A stretch of 64,000 bases of DNA from Escherichia phage vB_EcoM_SA20RB, in sequence record OL960581. One strand, given 5' to 3'. The notes beneath the pieces are model-generated. The model was given only the letters and a program-made list of their open reading frames with translations, was not told where the DNA came from and did not search any database. Of this stretch, positions 47,059 to 64,000 are shown one piece after another. The stretch's first letter is position 1; each line of letters begins with the position of its first letter. The translations under genes were made by a program, and so were the position numbers.

Positions 47059-50000
47059 CAGTAAAAGCACCTTCAGTCACTAGTCTCAGAATTTCCAAGT
47101 TATCCGCAAATCAGGTGCAAGTACGCTGGGATGACGTTGGTGCTAATTTCTACTATTTTGTAGAAATCGCTGAGACAAAAACAAACTCGGGGGAAAATCT
47201 CCCGAGTAATCAATACAGATGGATTAACTTAGGATATACTGCAAATAACAGCTTCTTTTTTGATGATGCTGATCCATTGACATCATACATTATCAGAGTA
47301 GCTACAGCTGCGCAAGATTTTGAGCAGTCTGATTGGATTTATACCGAAGAGTTTGAAACTTTTGCTACAAATGCTTATACATTTCAAAACATGATTGAAA
47401 TGCAATTAGCCAATAAATTCATTCAGGAAAAATTTACTCTTAATAATTCTGATTATGTCAATTTTAATAATGACACTATAATGGCTGCATTGATGAATGA
47501 ATCATTTCAATTCAGCCCATCATATGTTGATGTTTCATCAATAAGTAATTTTATTATTGGTGAAAATGAGTATCATGAAATACAAGGTTCTATTCAGCAA
47601 GTATGTAAGGATATTAACCGAGTTTATTTGATGGAATCAGAAGGGATTTTATACCTTTTTGAGCGCTATCAGCCTGTAGTTAAAGTATCCAATGATAAAG
47701 GACAAACTTGGAAAGCTGTAAAGCTCTTCAATGACCGTGTAGGATATCCTTTATCTAAGACAGTATATTACCAATCTGCGAACACAACATACGTTCTAGG
47801 ATACGATAAGATTTTCTATGGCCGCAAATCGACTGATGTTAGATGGTCAGCTGATGATGTCAGATTTAGTTCTCAGGATATAACATTTGCTAAACTTGGC
47901 GACCAATTACATTTAGGATTTGATGTAGAAATTTTTGCCACCTACGCAACTTTGCCAGCGAATGTATATCGCATTGCAGAAGCTATTACTTGCACCGATG
48001 ATTACATTTACGTTGTCGCCAGAGACAAAGTTAGATACATAAAAACTAGTAATGCACCTATAGATTCTGATCCATTATCTCCAACATATTCGGAAAGGCT
48101 TTTTGAACCTGATACAATGACTATAACCGGAAATCCTAAAGCAGTATGCTATAAAATGGATTCTATTGGTGATAAAGTTTTTGCTCTTATTATTGGTGAA
48201 GTTGAAACATTAAATGCTAATCCTAGAACATCAAAAATAATTGATTCTGCTGATAAAGGAATATATGTTTTAAATCACGACACAAAAACATGGAAAAGAG
48301 TTTTTGGCAACACTGAAGAAGAAAGAAGACGTATTCAACCAGGATATGCGAATATGTCAACTGACGGTAAATTAGTTTCTCTATCATCGAGTAATTTTAA
48401 ATTTTTAAGTGATAATGTTGTTAATGACCCTGAAACTGCAGCAAAATATCAGTTAATCGGTGCTGTTAAATATGAATTTCCTCGTGAATGGTTAGCTGAT
48501 AAGCATTATCATATGATGGCATTTATAGCAGATGAAAAGTCTGATTGGGAAACTTTTACTCCTCAGCCGATGAAATACTATGCAGAACCATTCTTTAACT
48601 GGTCTAAAAAATCTAACACACGTTGTTGGATAAACAACTCAGATAGGGTTGTAGTAGTTTATGCTGATTTAAAATACACTAAAGTTATAGAAAATATTCC
48701 GGAAACATCACCAGATAGATTAGTTCATGAATACTGGGATGATGGCGATTGTACTATAGTAATGCCAAATGTTAAATTCACTGGATTTAAAAAATATGCA
48801 TCTGGGATGCTTTTCTATAAAGCCTCTGGTGAAATAATTTCTTACTATGATTTTAACTATCGTGTTAGAGACACTGTCGAAATTATTTGGAAGCCAACTG
48901 GAGTATTTTTAAAAGCATTTTTACAAAACCAAGAGCACGAAACCCCTTGGTCGCCTGAAGAAGAGCGTGGATTAGCTGACCCTGATTTAAGACCATTGAT
49001 TGGCACAATGATGCCTGATTCTTATTTGTTGCAGGATTCGAATTTTGAGGCATTTTGCGAAGCATATATTCAGTATCTTTCTGATGGATATGGAACCCAG
49101 TATAACAATTTACGAAATTTAATTCGTAACAAATATCCACGAGAAGAGCATGCATGGGAATATTTGTGGTCAGAGATATATAAAAGAAACATTTATTTAA
49201 ATGCTGACAAACGTGATGCTGTTGCAAGATTTTTCGAATCACGTAGCTATGATTTTTATTCTACTAAAGGAATTGAAGCATCATACAAATTTCTTTTTAA
49301 AGTTCTTTATAATGAAGAGGTTGAAATTGAAATTGAATCTGGGGCTGGTACTGAATATGATATAATCGTTCAATCTGATTCTTTGACTGAAGACTTAGTA
49401 GGACAAACGATTTATACAGCTACAGGAAGATGTAATGTTACTTATATAGAAAGAAGCTATTCTAATGGTAAATTGCAATGGACCGTAACTATTCATAATC
49501 TTTTGGGAAGATTGATTGCCGGTCAAGAAGTTAAAGCAGAAAGACTTCCTAGTTTTGAAGGCGAAATTATTCGTGGAGTTAAAGGGAAGGATTTGCTTCA
49601 AAATAATATAGACTATATTAATAGAAGTCGATCATATTATGTAATGAAAATTAAATCCAATTTACCTTCTTCCCGCTGGAAATCTGACGTTATTCGTTTT
49701 GTTCATCCAGTAGGATTTGGATTTATAGCAATTACCCTTTTAACGATGTTTATTAATGTTGGTTTAACTCTTAAACATACAGAGACCATAATTAATAAAT
49801 ACAAAAACTATAAATGGGATTCTGGATTGCCTACTGAATATGCTGATAGAGTAGCTAAATTGACTCCGACTGGTGAAATTGAGCATGATTCGGTAACAGG
49901 CGAAGCAATTTATGAGCCTGGCCCAATGGCTGGTGTAGAATATCCTCTTCCTGATGACTATAATGCTGAAAATAACAATTCAATATTTCAAGGTCAATTG

Positions 50001-50153
50001 CCGTCTGAACGACGTAAATTAATGAGTCCTCTATTTGACGCATCTGGAACAACATTTGCACAATTTAGGGATTTAGTTAATAAACGTCTAAAAGATAATA
50101 TAGGAAATCCAAGAGACCCTGAAAATCCAACACAGGTTAAAATAGATGAATGA
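47055..50153 (+). CDS. 7: Baseplate wedge protein gp7
   Basis: 1032 aa; length and position match T4 gp7. Confidence 0.93.
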   Translation: MTVKAPSVTSLRISKLSANQVQVRWDDVGANFYYFVEIAETKTNSGENLPSNQYRWINLGYTANNSFFFDDADPLTSYIIRVATAAQDFEQSDWIYTEEFETFATNAYTFQNMIEMQLANKFIQEKFTLNNSDYVNFNNDTIMAALMNESFQFSPSYVDVSSISNFIIGENEYHEIQGSIQQVCKDINRVYLMESEGILYLFERYQPVVKVSNDKGQTWKAVKLFNDRVGYPLSKTVYYQSANTTYVLGYDKIFYGRKSTDVRWSADDVRFSSQDITFAKLGDQLHLGFDVEIFATYATLPANVYRIAEAITCTDDYIYVVARDKVRYIKTSNAPIDSDPLSPTYSERLFEPDTMTITGNPKAVCYKMDSIGDKVFALIIGEVETLNANPRTSKIIDSADKGIYVLNHDTKTWKRVFGNTEEERRRIQPGYANMSTDGKLVSLSSSNFKFLSDNVVNDPETAAKYQLIGAVKYEFPREWLADKHYHMMAFIADEKSDWETFTPQPMKYYAEPFFNWSKKSNTRCWINNSDRVVVVYADLKYTKVIENIPETSPDRLVHEYWDDGDCTIVMPNVKFTGFKKYASGMLFYKASGEIISYYDFNYRVRDTVEIIWKPTGVFLKAFLQNQEHETPWSPEEERGLADPDLRPLIGTMMPDSYLLQDSNFEAFCEAYIQYLSDGYGTQYNNLRNLIRNKYPREEHAWEYLWSEIYKRNIYLNADKRDAVARFFESRSYDFYSTKGIEASYKFLFKVLYNEEVEIEIESGAGTEYDIIVQSDSLTEDLVGQTIYTATGRCNVTYIERSYSNGKLQWTVTIHNLLGRLIAGQEVKAERLPSFEGEIIRGVKGKDLLQNNIDYINRSRSYYVMKIKSNLPSSRWKSDVIRFVHPVGFGFIAITLLTMFINVGLTLKHTETIINKYKNYKWDSGLPTEYADRVAKLTPTGEIEHDSVTGEAIYEPGPMAGVEYPLPDDYNAENNNSIFQGQLPSERRKLMSPLFDASGTTFAQFRDLVNKRLKDNIGNPRDPENPTQVKIDE

Positions 50154-51150
50154 TTCAAGTGTTATCTATCGTGCGATAGTTACTTCAAAATTTAGAACAG
50201 AAAAAATGTTGAATTTTTATAATTCAATTGGAAGTGGTCCGGATAAAAACACTATCTTTATCACATTTGGAAGATCAGAACCATGGTCATCAAATGAAAA
50301 TGAGGTGGGCTTTGCTCCACCTTATCCTACCGATTCCGTATTAGGTGTAACTGACATGTGGACTCATATGATGGGAACCGTAAAGGTTCTTCCATCTATG
50401 CTTGATGCAGTTATTCCTCGTCGAGATTGGGGAGATACTAGATATCCGGATCCATACACATTTAGAATTAACGATATTGTAGTGTGTAACTCAGCTCCTT
50501 ACAATGCTACTGAATCAGGCGCAGGCTGGTTAGTATATCGCTGTTTAGATGTTCCTGATACCGGAATGTGTTCAATAGCATCTTTAACTGATAAAGATGA
50601 ATGCCTTAAGTTAGGTGGAAAATGGACTCCTTCTGTTAGGTCAATGACTCCTCCTGAAGGTCGAGGAGACGCGGAAGGAACAATCGAACCCGGCGACGGA
50701 TATGTTTGGGAATATCTTTTTGAGATTCCGCCTGATGTATCTATAAATAGATGCACGAATGAATATATCGTGGTTCCTTGGCCTGAGGAATTAAAAGAAG
50801 ACCCGGCTAGATGGGGATATGAAGATAATCTCACTTGGCAACAAGATGATTTTGGATTAATTTACCGTGTTAAGGCAAATACTATTCGTTTTAAAGCATA
50901 TTTAGATTCAGTTTATTTTCCTGAGGCTGCATTGCCGGGAAATAAAGGATTTAGACAAATATCAATAATCACGAATCCTCTTGAAGCTAAAGCTCATCCA
51001 AATGACCCAAACGTTAAAGCTGAAAAGGATTATTATGATCCGGAAGATTTAATGAGGCATTCGGGCGAAATGATTTATATGGAAAATAGGCCACCTATTA
51101 TCATGGCAATGGATCAAACAGAAGAAATCAATATTCTGTTTACATTTTAA
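50146..51150 (+). CDS. 8: Baseplate wedge protein gp8
   Basis: 334 aa; length and position match T4 gp8. Confidence 0.93.
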   Translation: MNDSSVIYRAIVTSKFRTEKMLNFYNSIGSGPDKNTIFITFGRSEPWSSNENEVGFAPPYPTDSVLGVTDMWTHMMGTVKVLPSMLDAVIPRRDWGDTRYPDPYTFRINDIVVCNSAPYNATESGAGWLVYRCLDVPDTGMCSIASLTDKDECLKLGGKWTPSVRSMTPPEGRGDAEGTIEPGDGYVWEYLFEIPPDVSINRCTNEYIVVPWPEELKEDPARWGYEDNLTWQQDDFGLIYRVKANTIRFKAYLDSVYFPEAALPGNKGFRQISIITNPLEAKAHPNDPNVKAEKDYYDPEDLMRHSGEMIYMENRPPIIMAMDQTEEINILFTF

Positions 51151-51155
51151 CTTAA

Positions 51156-51182
51156 GGGAGCCCATGGGCTCCCTTTTTCTTT
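51156..51182 (+). terminator. Rho-independent terminator (GGGAGCCC-AUGGGCUCCC plus U-run) after gene 8
   Basis: GC-rich palindrome followed by TTTTTCTTT on the plus strand. Confidence 0.7.
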
Positions 51183-51189
51183 ATAAATA
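51182..51189 (+). promoter_or_regulatory. Late promoter TATAAATA for gene 9
   Basis: Exact TATAAATA about 25 nt upstream of the gene 9 ATG. Confidence 0.6.
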
Positions 51190-51213
51190 CTATAAACTCA
51201 TAAGGAAACCGCT

Positions 51214-52080
51214 ATGTTCATTCAAGAACCAAAGAAATTGATTGATACCGGCGAAATTGGTAACGCTTCTACTGGTGATATCTTATTCGACGGTGGTAAT
51301 AAAATTAATAGTGATTTTAACGCAATTTATAATGCGTTTGGCGATCAACGTAAAATGGCAGTAGCAAATGGAACTGGAGCAGATGGCCAAATTATCCATG
51401 CTACTGGATATTATCAAAAACACTCTATTGCAGAGTACGCAACTCCGGTAAAAGTTGGCACTAGGCATGATATTGATACCTCTACTGTAGGTGTTAAAGT
51501 TATCATTGAAAGAGGCGAACTTGGCGATTGCGTTGAATTTATTAACTCAAATGGATCTATATCAGTTACTAATCCTTTAACGATTCAAGCGATTGATTCA
51601 ATTAAAGGTGTTTCGGGTAATTTAGTAGTAACTAGCCCATATAGTAAAGTAACTTTACGCTGTATTTCATCTGATAATTCTACATCGGTTTGGAATTATT
51701 CTATTGAAAGCATGTTTGGACAAAAGGAATCACCAGCTGAAGGTACATGGAATATTTCTACATCCGGATCAGTTGATATTCCATTATTTCATCGCACTGA
51801 ATACAATATGGCTAAATTGCTAGTTACATGCCAATCAGTAGATGGAAGAAAAATTAAAACAGCAGAAATAAATATTCTTGTGGATACTGTTAATTCAGAG
51901 GTCATTTCTTCTGAATATGCTGTCATGCGGGTTGGGAATGAAACCGAAGAAGACGAAATCGCTAATATTGCATTTAGTATTAAAGAAAATTATGTAACGG
52001 CGACTATAAGTTCTCCAACTGTCGGTATGAGAGCAGCAGTTAAAGTTATCGCTACGCAGAAAATCGGGGTGGCTCAATAA
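51214..52080 (+). CDS. 9: Baseplate wedge / long-tail-fibre socket protein gp9
   Basis: 288 aa; length and position match T4 gp9. Confidence 0.93.
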   Translation: MFIQEPKKLIDTGEIGNASTGDILFDGGNKINSDFNAIYNAFGDQRKMAVANGTGADGQIIHATGYYQKHSIAEYATPVKVGTRHDIDTSTVGVKVIIERGELGDCVEFINSNGSISVTNPLTIQAIDSIKGVSGNLVVTSPYSKVTLRCISSDNSTSVWNYSIESMFGQKESPAEGTWNISTSGSVDIPLFHRTEYNMAKLLVTCQSVDGRKIKTAEINILVDTVNSEVISSEYAVMRVGNETEEDEIANIAFSIKENYVTATISSPTVGMRAAVKVIATQKIGVAQ

Positions 52081-53888
52081 TGAAACAAAATATTAATATC
52101 GGTAATGTTGTTGATGATGGTACCGGTGACTACCTGCGTAAAGGTGGTATAAAAATAAATGAAAACTTTGATGAGCTTTATTATGAGCTTGGTGATGGAG
52201 ATGTTCCATATTCAGCCGGTGCCTGGAAAACTTATGATGCTTCATCTGGTCAAACATTAAAAGCTGAATGGGGAAAATCATACGCTATTAATACCTCTTC
52301 TGGAAGAGTAACTATAAATCTTCCAAAAGGAACTGTCAATGATTACAACAAGGTAATTAGAGCTAGAGACGTATTTGCTACATGGAACGTCAATCCAGTT
52401 ACACTAGTAGCTGCTTCCGGCGATACGATTAAAGGGTCTGCAGTACCAGTTGAAATTAATGTTCAATTCAGCGATTTGGAATTAGTGTATTGTGCCCCAG
52501 GACGTTGGGAATATGTCAAAAATAAGCAAATTGACAAAATTACCAGTTCAGACATTAGTAATGTAGCTCGTAAAGAATTTTTAGTCGAAGTCCAAGGACA
52601 AACTGACTTTTTAGATGTTTTCCGTGGAACTAGTTATAATGTAAATAACATCAGAGTAAAACATCGCGGTAACGAATTGTATTACGGCGATGTATTTAGT
52701 GAAAACAGCGATTTTGGCTCTCCGGGCGAAAACGAAGGTGAATTAGTTCCTCTTGATGGATTTAATATTCGATTAAGACAGCCTTGTAATATTGGTGATA
52801 CTGTTCAAATTGAAACATTTATGGATGGCGTATCACAGTGGAGAAGTTCATATACAAGACGTCAAATTAGAGTGTTAGATTCAAAATTAACGTCAAAAAC
52901 TTCTTTAGAAGGAAGCATTTACGTTACTGATTTATCAACAATGAAATCAATTCCGTTTTCAGCTTTTGGATTAATTCCAGGTGAACCTATTAATCCTAAT
53001 TCTCTTGAGGTCCGTTTTAATGGAATTTTACAAGAATTGGCTGGAACAGTTGGAATGCCATTATTTCATTGCGTTGGTGCCGATTCAGACGATGAAGTAG
53101 AATGCTCTGTTTTAGGTGGAACTTGGGAACAGTCTCATACAGACTATTCAGTTGAAACTGATGAAAACGGCATACCGGAAATTTTACATTTCGATAGAGT
53201 ATTTGAGCATGGCGATATTATCAATATCACCTGGTTTAATAATGATTTAGGTACATTATTAACAAAAGATGAGATTATTGATGAAACTGATAATCTCTAT
53301 GTATCGCAAGGACCAGGAGTAGATATTTCCGGTGATGTAAATTTAACAGACTTCGATAAAATTGGTTGGCCAAATGTAGAAGCAGTTCAATCTTATCAAC
53401 GTGAATTTAATGCTGTTTCAAATATCTTTGATACGATTTATCCTATTGGAACTATATATGAAAACGCTGTTAATCCAAATAACCCTGTTACATATATGGG
53501 ATTCGGCTCATGGAAATTATTTGGGCAAGGAAAAGTTTTAGTTGGATGGAATGAAGATATTTCGGACCCTAACTTTGCTCTAAATAACAACGATTTAGAT
53601 TCGGGCGGAAATCCTTCACATACTGCAGGCGGAACAGGTGGTTCTACTTCTGTTACATTGGAAAATGCTAATCTTCCTGCAACTGAGACAGATGAAGAAG
53701 TTCTAATAGTTGATGAAAATGGATCAGTCATTGTTGGTGGATGTCAATACGATCCAGATGAATCCGGTCCAGTTTACACGAAATACCGTGAAGCTAAAGC
53801 ATCTACTAACTCTACTCACACTCCGCCAACATCAATAACTAACATTCAACCATATATTACAGTTTATCGTTGGATAAGGATTGCATAA
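52080..53888 (+). CDS. 10: Baseplate wedge protein gp10
   Basis: 602 aa; length and position match T4 gp10. Confidence 0.93.
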   Translation: MKQNINIGNVVDDGTGDYLRKGGIKINENFDELYYELGDGDVPYSAGAWKTYDASSGQTLKAEWGKSYAINTSSGRVTINLPKGTVNDYNKVIRARDVFATWNVNPVTLVAASGDTIKGSAVPVEINVQFSDLELVYCAPGRWEYVKNKQIDKITSSDISNVARKEFLVEVQGQTDFLDVFRGTSYNVNNIRVKHRGNELYYGDVFSENSDFGSPGENEGELVPLDGFNIRLRQPCNIGDTVQIETFMDGVSQWRSSYTRRQIRVLDSKLTSKTSLEGSIYVTDLSTMKSIPFSAFGLIPGEPINPNSLEVRFNGILQELAGTVGMPLFHCVGADSDDEVECSVLGGTWEQSHTDYSVETDENGIPEILHFDRVFEHGDIINITWFNNDLGTLLTKDEIIDETDNLYVSQGPGVDISGDVNLTDFDKIGWPNVEAVQSYQREFNAVSNIFDTIYPIGTIYENAVNPNNPVTYMGFGSWKLFGQGKVLVGWNEDISDPNFALNNNDLDSGGNPSHTAGGTGGSTSVTLENANLPATETDEEVLIVDENGSVIVGGCQYDPDESGPVYTKYREAKASTNSTHTPPTSITNIQPYITVYRWIRIA

Positions 53889-54547
53889 TGAGTTTACTTA
53901 ATAATAAAGCGGGAGTTATTTCCCGCTTAGCCGATTTTCTTGGTTTTAGACCTAAAACTGGTGACATCGATGTAATGAATCGTCAATCGGTTGGGTCAGT
54001 GACAATTTCTCAATTAGCGAAAGGATTTTATGAACCAAACGTAGAATCAGCTATTAATGATGTTCATAATTTTTCTATAAAAGACGTTGGTACAATTATT
54101 ACTAATAAAACTGGCGTTTCTCCTGAGGGTGTTTCTCAAACTGATTATTGGGCATTTTCAGGAACTGTGACAGATGATTCGCTTCCTCCTGGTTCTCCTG
54201 TTACTGTATTAGTATTTGGTCTTCCAGTTTCAGCAACAACCGGAATGACAGCTATCGAGTTTGTTGCCAAAGTTCGTGTTGCGCTACAAGAAGCTATTGC
54301 GTCATTTACTGCTATTAATTCATATAAAGACCATCCAACTGACGGTAGTAAATTAGAAGTTACTTATTTAGATAATCAGAAACATGTATTAAGCACATAT
54401 TCTACATATGGAATAACTATTTCCCAAGAAATTATTTCAGAATCTAAGCCTGGATATGGCACATGGAATTTGCTTGGTGCACAAACTGTAACTTTAGATA
54501 ATCAGCAAACTCCAATAGTACTTTATCATTTTGAGAGAACAGCATGA
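53888..54547 (+). CDS. 11: Baseplate wedge protein gp11
   Basis: ORF 53870..54547 trimmed to the ATG at 53888 (MSLLNNK, 219 aa as T4 gp11); TAATG overlap with the gene 10 stop. Confidence 0.9.
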   Translation: MSLLNNKAGVISRLADFLGFRPKTGDIDVMNRQSVGSVTISQLAKGFYEPNVESAINDVHNFSIKDVGTIITNKTGVSPEGVSQTDYWAFSGTVTDDSLPPGSPVTVLVFGLPVSATTGMTAIEFVAKVRVALQEAIASFTAINSYKDHPTDGSKLEVTYLDNQKHVLSTYSTYGITISQEIISESKPGYGTWNLLGAQTVTLDNQQTPIVLYHFERTA

Positions 54548-56127
54548 GTAATAATACATATCAACACGTTTCTAATGAATCTCGCTATGTAAAATTTGAT
54601 CCAACTGGTACAAATTTTCCAGCAGAGATTACTGATGTTCAGGCTGCTATAGCAGCCATTTCTCCTGCTGGTGTAAATGGAGTTCCTGACGCATCATCAA
54701 CAACAAAGGGAATTTTATTTCTTGCCACTGAACAGGAAGTTATCGACGGAACTGATAATACCAAAGCAGTTACACCAGCAACGTTGGCAACAAGATTATC
54801 TTATCCAAACGCAACTGAAACTGTTTACGGATTAACAAGATATTCAACCAATGATGAAGCAATTGCCGGAGTTAATAATGAATCTTCTATAACTCCTGCT
54901 AAATTTACTGTTGCCCTTAATAATGTCTTTGAAACACGAGTTTCAACTGAATCATCAAATGGAGTTATTAAAATTTCATCTCTACCACAAGCATTAGCTG
55001 GCGCAGATGATACTACTGCGATGACTCCATTAAAAACACAGCAGTTAGCTATTAAATTAATTGCGCAAATCGCTCCTTCTGAAACCACAGCTACCGAATC
55101 GGACCAAGGTGTTGTTCAATTAGCGACAGTAGCTCAAGTTCGTCAAGGAACCTTAAGAGAAGGCTATGCAATTTCTCCTTATACGCTAATGAATTCTACT
55201 GCTACTGAAGAATATAAAGGCGTAATTAAATTAGGAACACAATCAGAAGTTAACTCGAATAATGCTTCTGTTGCGGTTACTGGCGCAACTCTTAATGGTC
55301 GTGGTTCTACAACGTCAATGAGAGGCGTAGTTAAATTAACTACAACCGCCGGCTCACAGAGTGGAGGTGATGCTTCATCAGCACTAGCTTGGAATGCTGA
55401 CGTTATCCACCAAAGAGGTGGTCAAACGATTAATGGAACACTTCGCATTAATAATACGCTCACAATAGCTTCAGGCGGAGCAAATATTACCGGAACAGTT
55501 AACATGACTGGTGGTTATATTCAAGGTAAGCGTGTTGTAACGCAGAATGAAATAGATAGAACTATTCCTGTCGGAGCTATTATGATGTGGGCGGCTGATA
55601 GCCTTCCTAGTGATGCTTGGCGCTTCTGTCATGGCGGAACTGTTTCAGCATCAGATTGTCCATTATATGCTTCTAGAATTGGAACAAGATACGGCGGAAG
55701 TTCATCAAATCCTGGATTACCTGATATGCGTGGCCTTTTTGTTCGCGGCTCTGGTCGTGGCTCTCACTTAACAAATCCAAACGTTAATGGTAATGACCAA
55801 TTTGGCAAGCCTAGATTAGGCGTAGGTTGTACCGGTGGATATGTTGGCGAAGTACAAAAACAGCAGATGTCTTATCATAAACACGCTGGCGGATTTGGTG
55901 AGCATGATGATTCTGGAGCATTCGGTAATACCCGTAGATCAAATTTTGTTGGTACACGTAAAGGACTTGACTGGGATAACCGTTCATACTTCACCAATGA
56001 CGGTTATGAAATTGACCCAGCATCACAACGAAATTCCAAATATACACTAAATCGTCCTGAATTAATTGGAAATGAAACACGTCCATGGAACATTTCTTTA
56101 AACTACATAATTAAGGTAAAAGAATGA
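54544..56127 (+). CDS. 12: Short tail fibre protein gp12
   Basis: 527 aa; length and position match T4 gp12. Confidence 0.93.
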   Translation: MSNNTYQHVSNESRYVKFDPTGTNFPAEITDVQAAIAAISPAGVNGVPDASSTTKGILFLATEQEVIDGTDNTKAVTPATLATRLSYPNATETVYGLTRYSTNDEAIAGVNNESSITPAKFTVALNNVFETRVSTESSNGVIKISSLPQALAGADDTTAMTPLKTQQLAIKLIAQIAPSETTATESDQGVVQLATVAQVRQGTLREGYAISPYTLMNSTATEEYKGVIKLGTQSEVNSNNASVAVTGATLNGRGSTTSMRGVVKLTTTAGSQSGGDASSALAWNADVIHQRGGQTINGTLRINNTLTIASGGANITGTVNMTGGYIQGKRVVTQNEIDRTIPVGAIMMWAADSLPSDAWRFCHGGTVSASDCPLYASRIGTRYGGSSSNPGLPDMRGLFVRGSGRGSHLTNPNVNGNDQFGKPRLGVGCTGGYVGEVQKQQMSYHKHAGGFGEHDDSGAFGNTRRSNFVGTRKGLDWDNRSYFTNDGYEIDPASQRNSKYTLNRPELIGNETRPWNISLNYIIKVKE

Positions 56128-57587
56128 CAGATATTGTACTGAATGACTTACCATTCGTTGACGGCCCTCCTGCAGAGGGCCAGAGCCGCATTTCCTGGAT
56201 TAAAAACGGCGAAGAAATATTAGGAGCTGACACACAGTATGGAAGTGAAGGTTCAATGAATAGACCTACAGTTTCTGTACTAAGAAATGTTGAAGTTCTT
56301 GATAAAAACATTGGAATACTTAAAACATCTTTAGAATCCGCGAATAGTGATATTAAAACAATTCAGGGCATCTTAGATGTATCTGGTGATATTGAAGCTT
56401 TGGCCCAAATAAGTATCAATAAAAAGGATATTTCTGACCTTAAAACGCTAACCAGTGAACATACAGAAATATTAAATGGGACTAATAGTACGGTTGACAG
56501 CATTCTTGCTGATATTGGTCCATTTAACTCCGAGGCCAACTCTGTATACAGAACGATCAGAAATGATTTACTATGGATAAAGCGTGAACTTGGACAATAC
56601 ACAGGTCAAGATATTAATGGTCTTCCTGTTGTAGGAAATCCTAGCACAGGAATGAAGCATCGCATTATTAATAATACTGATGTCATCACTTCACAGGGAA
56701 TACGTTTAAGCGAATTAGAAGCAAAATTCATTGAATCTGATGTAGGTTCTTTGACTATTGAAGTTGGTAATCTTCGCGAAGAGCTTGGACCGAAACCACC
56801 TTCATTTTCACAAAACATCTACAGTCGTTTAAATGAAATTGACACTAAACAGACAACAGTTGAGTCTGACATTAGTGCTATTAAGACCTCAATAGGATAT
56901 CCAGGAAATAATTCGATTATTACGAGTGTTAATACAAACACTGATAATATTGCATCTATTAATTTAGAGCTAAATCAAAGTGGAGGTATTAAACAGCGTT
57001 TAACCGTTATTGAAACTTCTATTGGTTCAGATGATATTCCTTCGAGTATTAAAGGCCAAATCAAAGATAATACAACTTCAATCGAAGCTCTAAATGGAAT
57101 CGTCGGTGAAAACACTTCATCTGGTTTAAGAGCGAATGTTTCGTGGTTAAACCAAATTGTTGGAACTGATTCTAGCGGTGGACAACCTTCTCCTCCTGGG
57201 TCTCTTTTAAACCGAGTTTCTACAATTGAAACTTCTGTTTCAGGCTTGAATAACGATGTTCAAAACCTACAAGTAGAGATTGGTAATAACAGCACAGGAA
57301 TTAAAGGGCAAGTTGTAGCGTTAAATACTTTAGTAAATGGAACTAATCCAAACGGTTCAACTGTTGAAGAACGCGGATTAACCAATTCAATAAAAGCTAA
57401 CGAAACCAACATTGCGTCAGTTACACAAGAAGTGAATACAGCCAAAGGTAGTATATCTTCTCTGCAAGGCGATGTTCAAGCTCTACAAGAAGCAGGTTAT
57501 ATTCCTGAAGCTCCAAAAGATGGTCAAGCTTACGTTCGTAAAGACGGCGAGTGGGTATTACTTTCTACCTTTTTATCACCAGCATAA
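56124..57587 (+). CDS. wac: Fibritin (whisker antigen control protein)
   Basis: 487 aa; extended coiled-coil; C-terminal foldon-like [27 protein letters not shown]. Confidence 0.95.
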   Translation: MTDIVLNDLPFVDGPPAEGQSRISWIKNGEEILGADTQYGSEGSMNRPTVSVLRNVEVLDKNIGILKTSLESANSDIKTIQGILDVSGDIEALAQISINKKDISDLKTLTSEHTEILNGTNSTVDSILADIGPFNSEANSVYRTIRNDLLWIKRELGQYTGQDINGLPVVGNPSTGMKHRIINNTDVITSQGIRLSELEAKFIESDVGSLTIEVGNLREELGPKPPSFSQNIYSRLNEIDTKQTTVESDISAIKTSIGYPGNNSIITSVNTNTDNIASINLELNQSGGIKQRLTVIETSIGSDDIPSSIKGQIKDNTTSIEALNGIVGENTSSGLRANVSWLNQIVGTDSSGGQPSPPGSLLNRVSTIETSVSGLNNDVQNLQVEIGNNSTGIKGQVVALNTLVNGTNPNGSTVEERGLTNSIKANETNIASVTQEVNTAKGSISSLQGDVQALQEAGYIPEAPKDGQAYVRKDGEWVLLSTFLSPA

Positions 57588-57590
57588 CAT

Positions 57591-59321
<1,731 letters not shown>

Positions 59322-59362
59322 TAAATATTATAAACTAATTAAAGCCCAGATTAGGAGAAATC

Positions 59363-62503
<3,141 letters not shown>

Positions 62504-62531
62504 TATTAAAGCATATTAAAGAGGATTAAAA

Positions 62532-64000
62532 ATGACTTTATTATCTCCGGGCATTGAGCTCAAAGAAACTACGGTTCAAAGCACCGTGGTTAATAACTCT
62601 ACTGGTACAGCAGCTTTGGCCGGTAAATTCCAGTGGGGTCCTGCTTTTCAGATCAAACAGGTTACAAATGAAGTAGATTTAGTTAATACTTTTGGTCAAC
62701 CTACAGCTGAAACTGCTGACTATTTTATGTCTGCAATGAATTTCTTACAATACGGAAATGATTTGCGAGTTGTGCGTGCTGTCGATAGAGATACCGCTAA
62801 AAACTCATCTCCGATTGCTGGTAATATTGAATACACTATTTCTACCCCAGGTAGTAACTACGCGGTTGGAGATAAAATCACAGTTAAGTATGTTTCAGAA
62901 GACATTGAAACGGAAGGTAAAATTACCGAAGTAGATGCTGATGGAAAAATTAAGAAAATTAATATTCCTACCGCAAAAATTATCGCTAAAGCGAAAGAAG
63001 TTGGTGAATATCCAGCATTAGGTTCTAACTGGACCGCGGAAATTTCTTCGTCTTCCTCTGGTTTAGCTGCAGTAATAACCCTTGGAAAAATTATTACTGA
63101 TTCTGGTATTTTATTAGCTGAAATTGAAAATGCTGAAGCTGCCATGACAGCGGTTGAATTTCAAACAAATCTTGAAAAATATGGAATTCCAGGAGTAGTA
63201 GCTCTTTATCCAGGTGAGTTGGGCGATAAAATCGAAATTGAAATCGTATCTAAAGCTGACTACGCAAAAGGTGCTTCTGCATTACTCCCAATTTATCCAG
63301 GTGGCGGAACACGCGCATCTACTGCCAAAGCAGTGTTTGGATATGGACCACAAACTGATTCACAATACGCTATTATAGTTCGTCGCAATGATGCTATTGT
63401 TCAAAGCGTTGTTCTTTCAACAAAGCGCGGTGAAAAAGATATTTACGATAGTAACATCTATATTGATGACTTTTTCGCAAAAGGTGGTTCAGAATATATT
63501 TTCGCAACTGCACAAAACTGGCCAGAAGGCTTCTCTGGAATTTTAACTCTGTCTGGCGGATTATCATCAAATGCTGAAGTAACAGCAGGAGATTTGATGG
63601 AAGCTTGGGACTTTTTTGCTGACCGTGAATCCGTTGATGTTCAGTTGTTTATTGCTGGCTCTTGTGCCGGTGAATCTTTAGAAACAGCATCTACTGTCCA
63701 AAAACATGTTGTTTCAATCGGGGATGCTCGCCAAGATTGCTTGGTATTGTGCTCACCACCGCGTGAAACTGTAGTTGGAATTCCTGTAACTCGTGCTGTT
63801 GATAACTTAGTCAATTGGAGAACTGCAACTGGTTCATACACTGATAATAACTTTAATATCAGTTCAACCTATGCAGCAATTGATGGTAACTACAAGTATC
63901 AGTATGACAAATATAATGATGTAAATCGTTGGGTTCCATTAGCAGCTGATATTGCTGGTTTATGCGCAAGAACTGATAACGTTTCTCAGACTTGGATGTC
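62532..64000 (+). CDS. 18: Tail sheath protein gp18, N-terminal part (runs off the window)
   Basis: Translation from ATG 62532 gives MTLLSPGIELKETTVQSTVVNNSTGTAALAGKFQWGPAFQIKQV, read as the gp18 N-terminus from memory; open to the window end. Confidence 0.9.
   Translation, partial: MTLLSPGIELKETTVQSTVVNNSTGTAALAGKFQWGPAFQIKQVTNEVDLVNTFGQPTAETADYFMSAMNFLQYGNDLRVVRAVDRDTAKNSSPIAGNIEYTISTPGSNYAVGDKITVKYVSEDIETEGKITEVDADGKIKKINIPTAKIIAKAKEVGEYPALGSNWTAEISSSSSGLAAVITLGKIITDSGILLAEIENAEAAMTAVEFQTNLEKYGIPGVVALYPGELGDKIEIEIVSKADYAKGASALLPIYPGGGTRASTAKAVFGYGPQTDSQYAIIVRRNDAIVQSVVLSTKRGEKDIYDSNIYIDDFFAKGGSEYIFATAQNWPEGFSGILTLSGGLSSNAEVTAGDLMEAWDFFADRESVDVQLFIAGSCAGESLETASTVQKHVVSIGDARQDCLVLCSPPRETVVGIPVTRAVDNLVNWRTATGSYTDNNFNISSTYAAIDGNYKYQYDKYNDVNRWVPLAADIAGLCARTDNVSQTWM

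Noticed and set aside
56124-57587. Long heptad periodicity on the plus strand as a possible novel repeat protein
   Set aside because: This is the coiled-coil body of fibritin (wac), a known structural protein with the expected length and C-terminal foldon.

Overview
This window is a T4-like (Tevenvirinae) phage segment, close to but not identical with T4 (the lysozyme e product differs from the T4 sequence as I recall it at about three residues). Bases 1-41895 are a minus-strand early/middle region: 46(partial)-47, alpha-glucosyltransferase, gp55, nrdH-nrdG-mobC-nrdD (nrdD split by a group I intron carrying an I-TevII-like ORF), 49, pin-like, nrdC, a long run of small accessory ORFs, rI, tk, regB, e, nudE, a tRNA cluster interrupted by segB, ipI, 57B, 57A, 1, 3, 2, 4. 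Bases 41943-64000 are plus-strand late structural genes 53, 5, 5.1, 5.4, 6-12, wac, 13-17 and the start of 18; product lengths match the T4 proteins as I recall them. Gene calls rest on reading the supplied ORF translations for motifs and on T4 gene order from memory; no database search was run. The accessory region carries many minus-strand T4-type early promoters (-35 GTTTAC, -10 TATAAT/TACTAT) and GC-stem/T-run terminators; late promoters (TATAAATA) sit in front of e, the e.8-position gene, 4, 53, 9 and 18. The best candidates for something undescribed are: a tandem family of four paralogous ORFs with C-terminal coiled coils (14259-18263); a P-loop ATPase, nucleotidyltransferase-fold and membrane-protein trio (19690-22226); a macro-domain ORF (26603-27082); and two ORFs with capsid-targeting-like N-termini, one replacing the T4 denV/ipII/ipIII block (30632-31105) and one a late-promoter, terminator-flanked unit (34910-35383).
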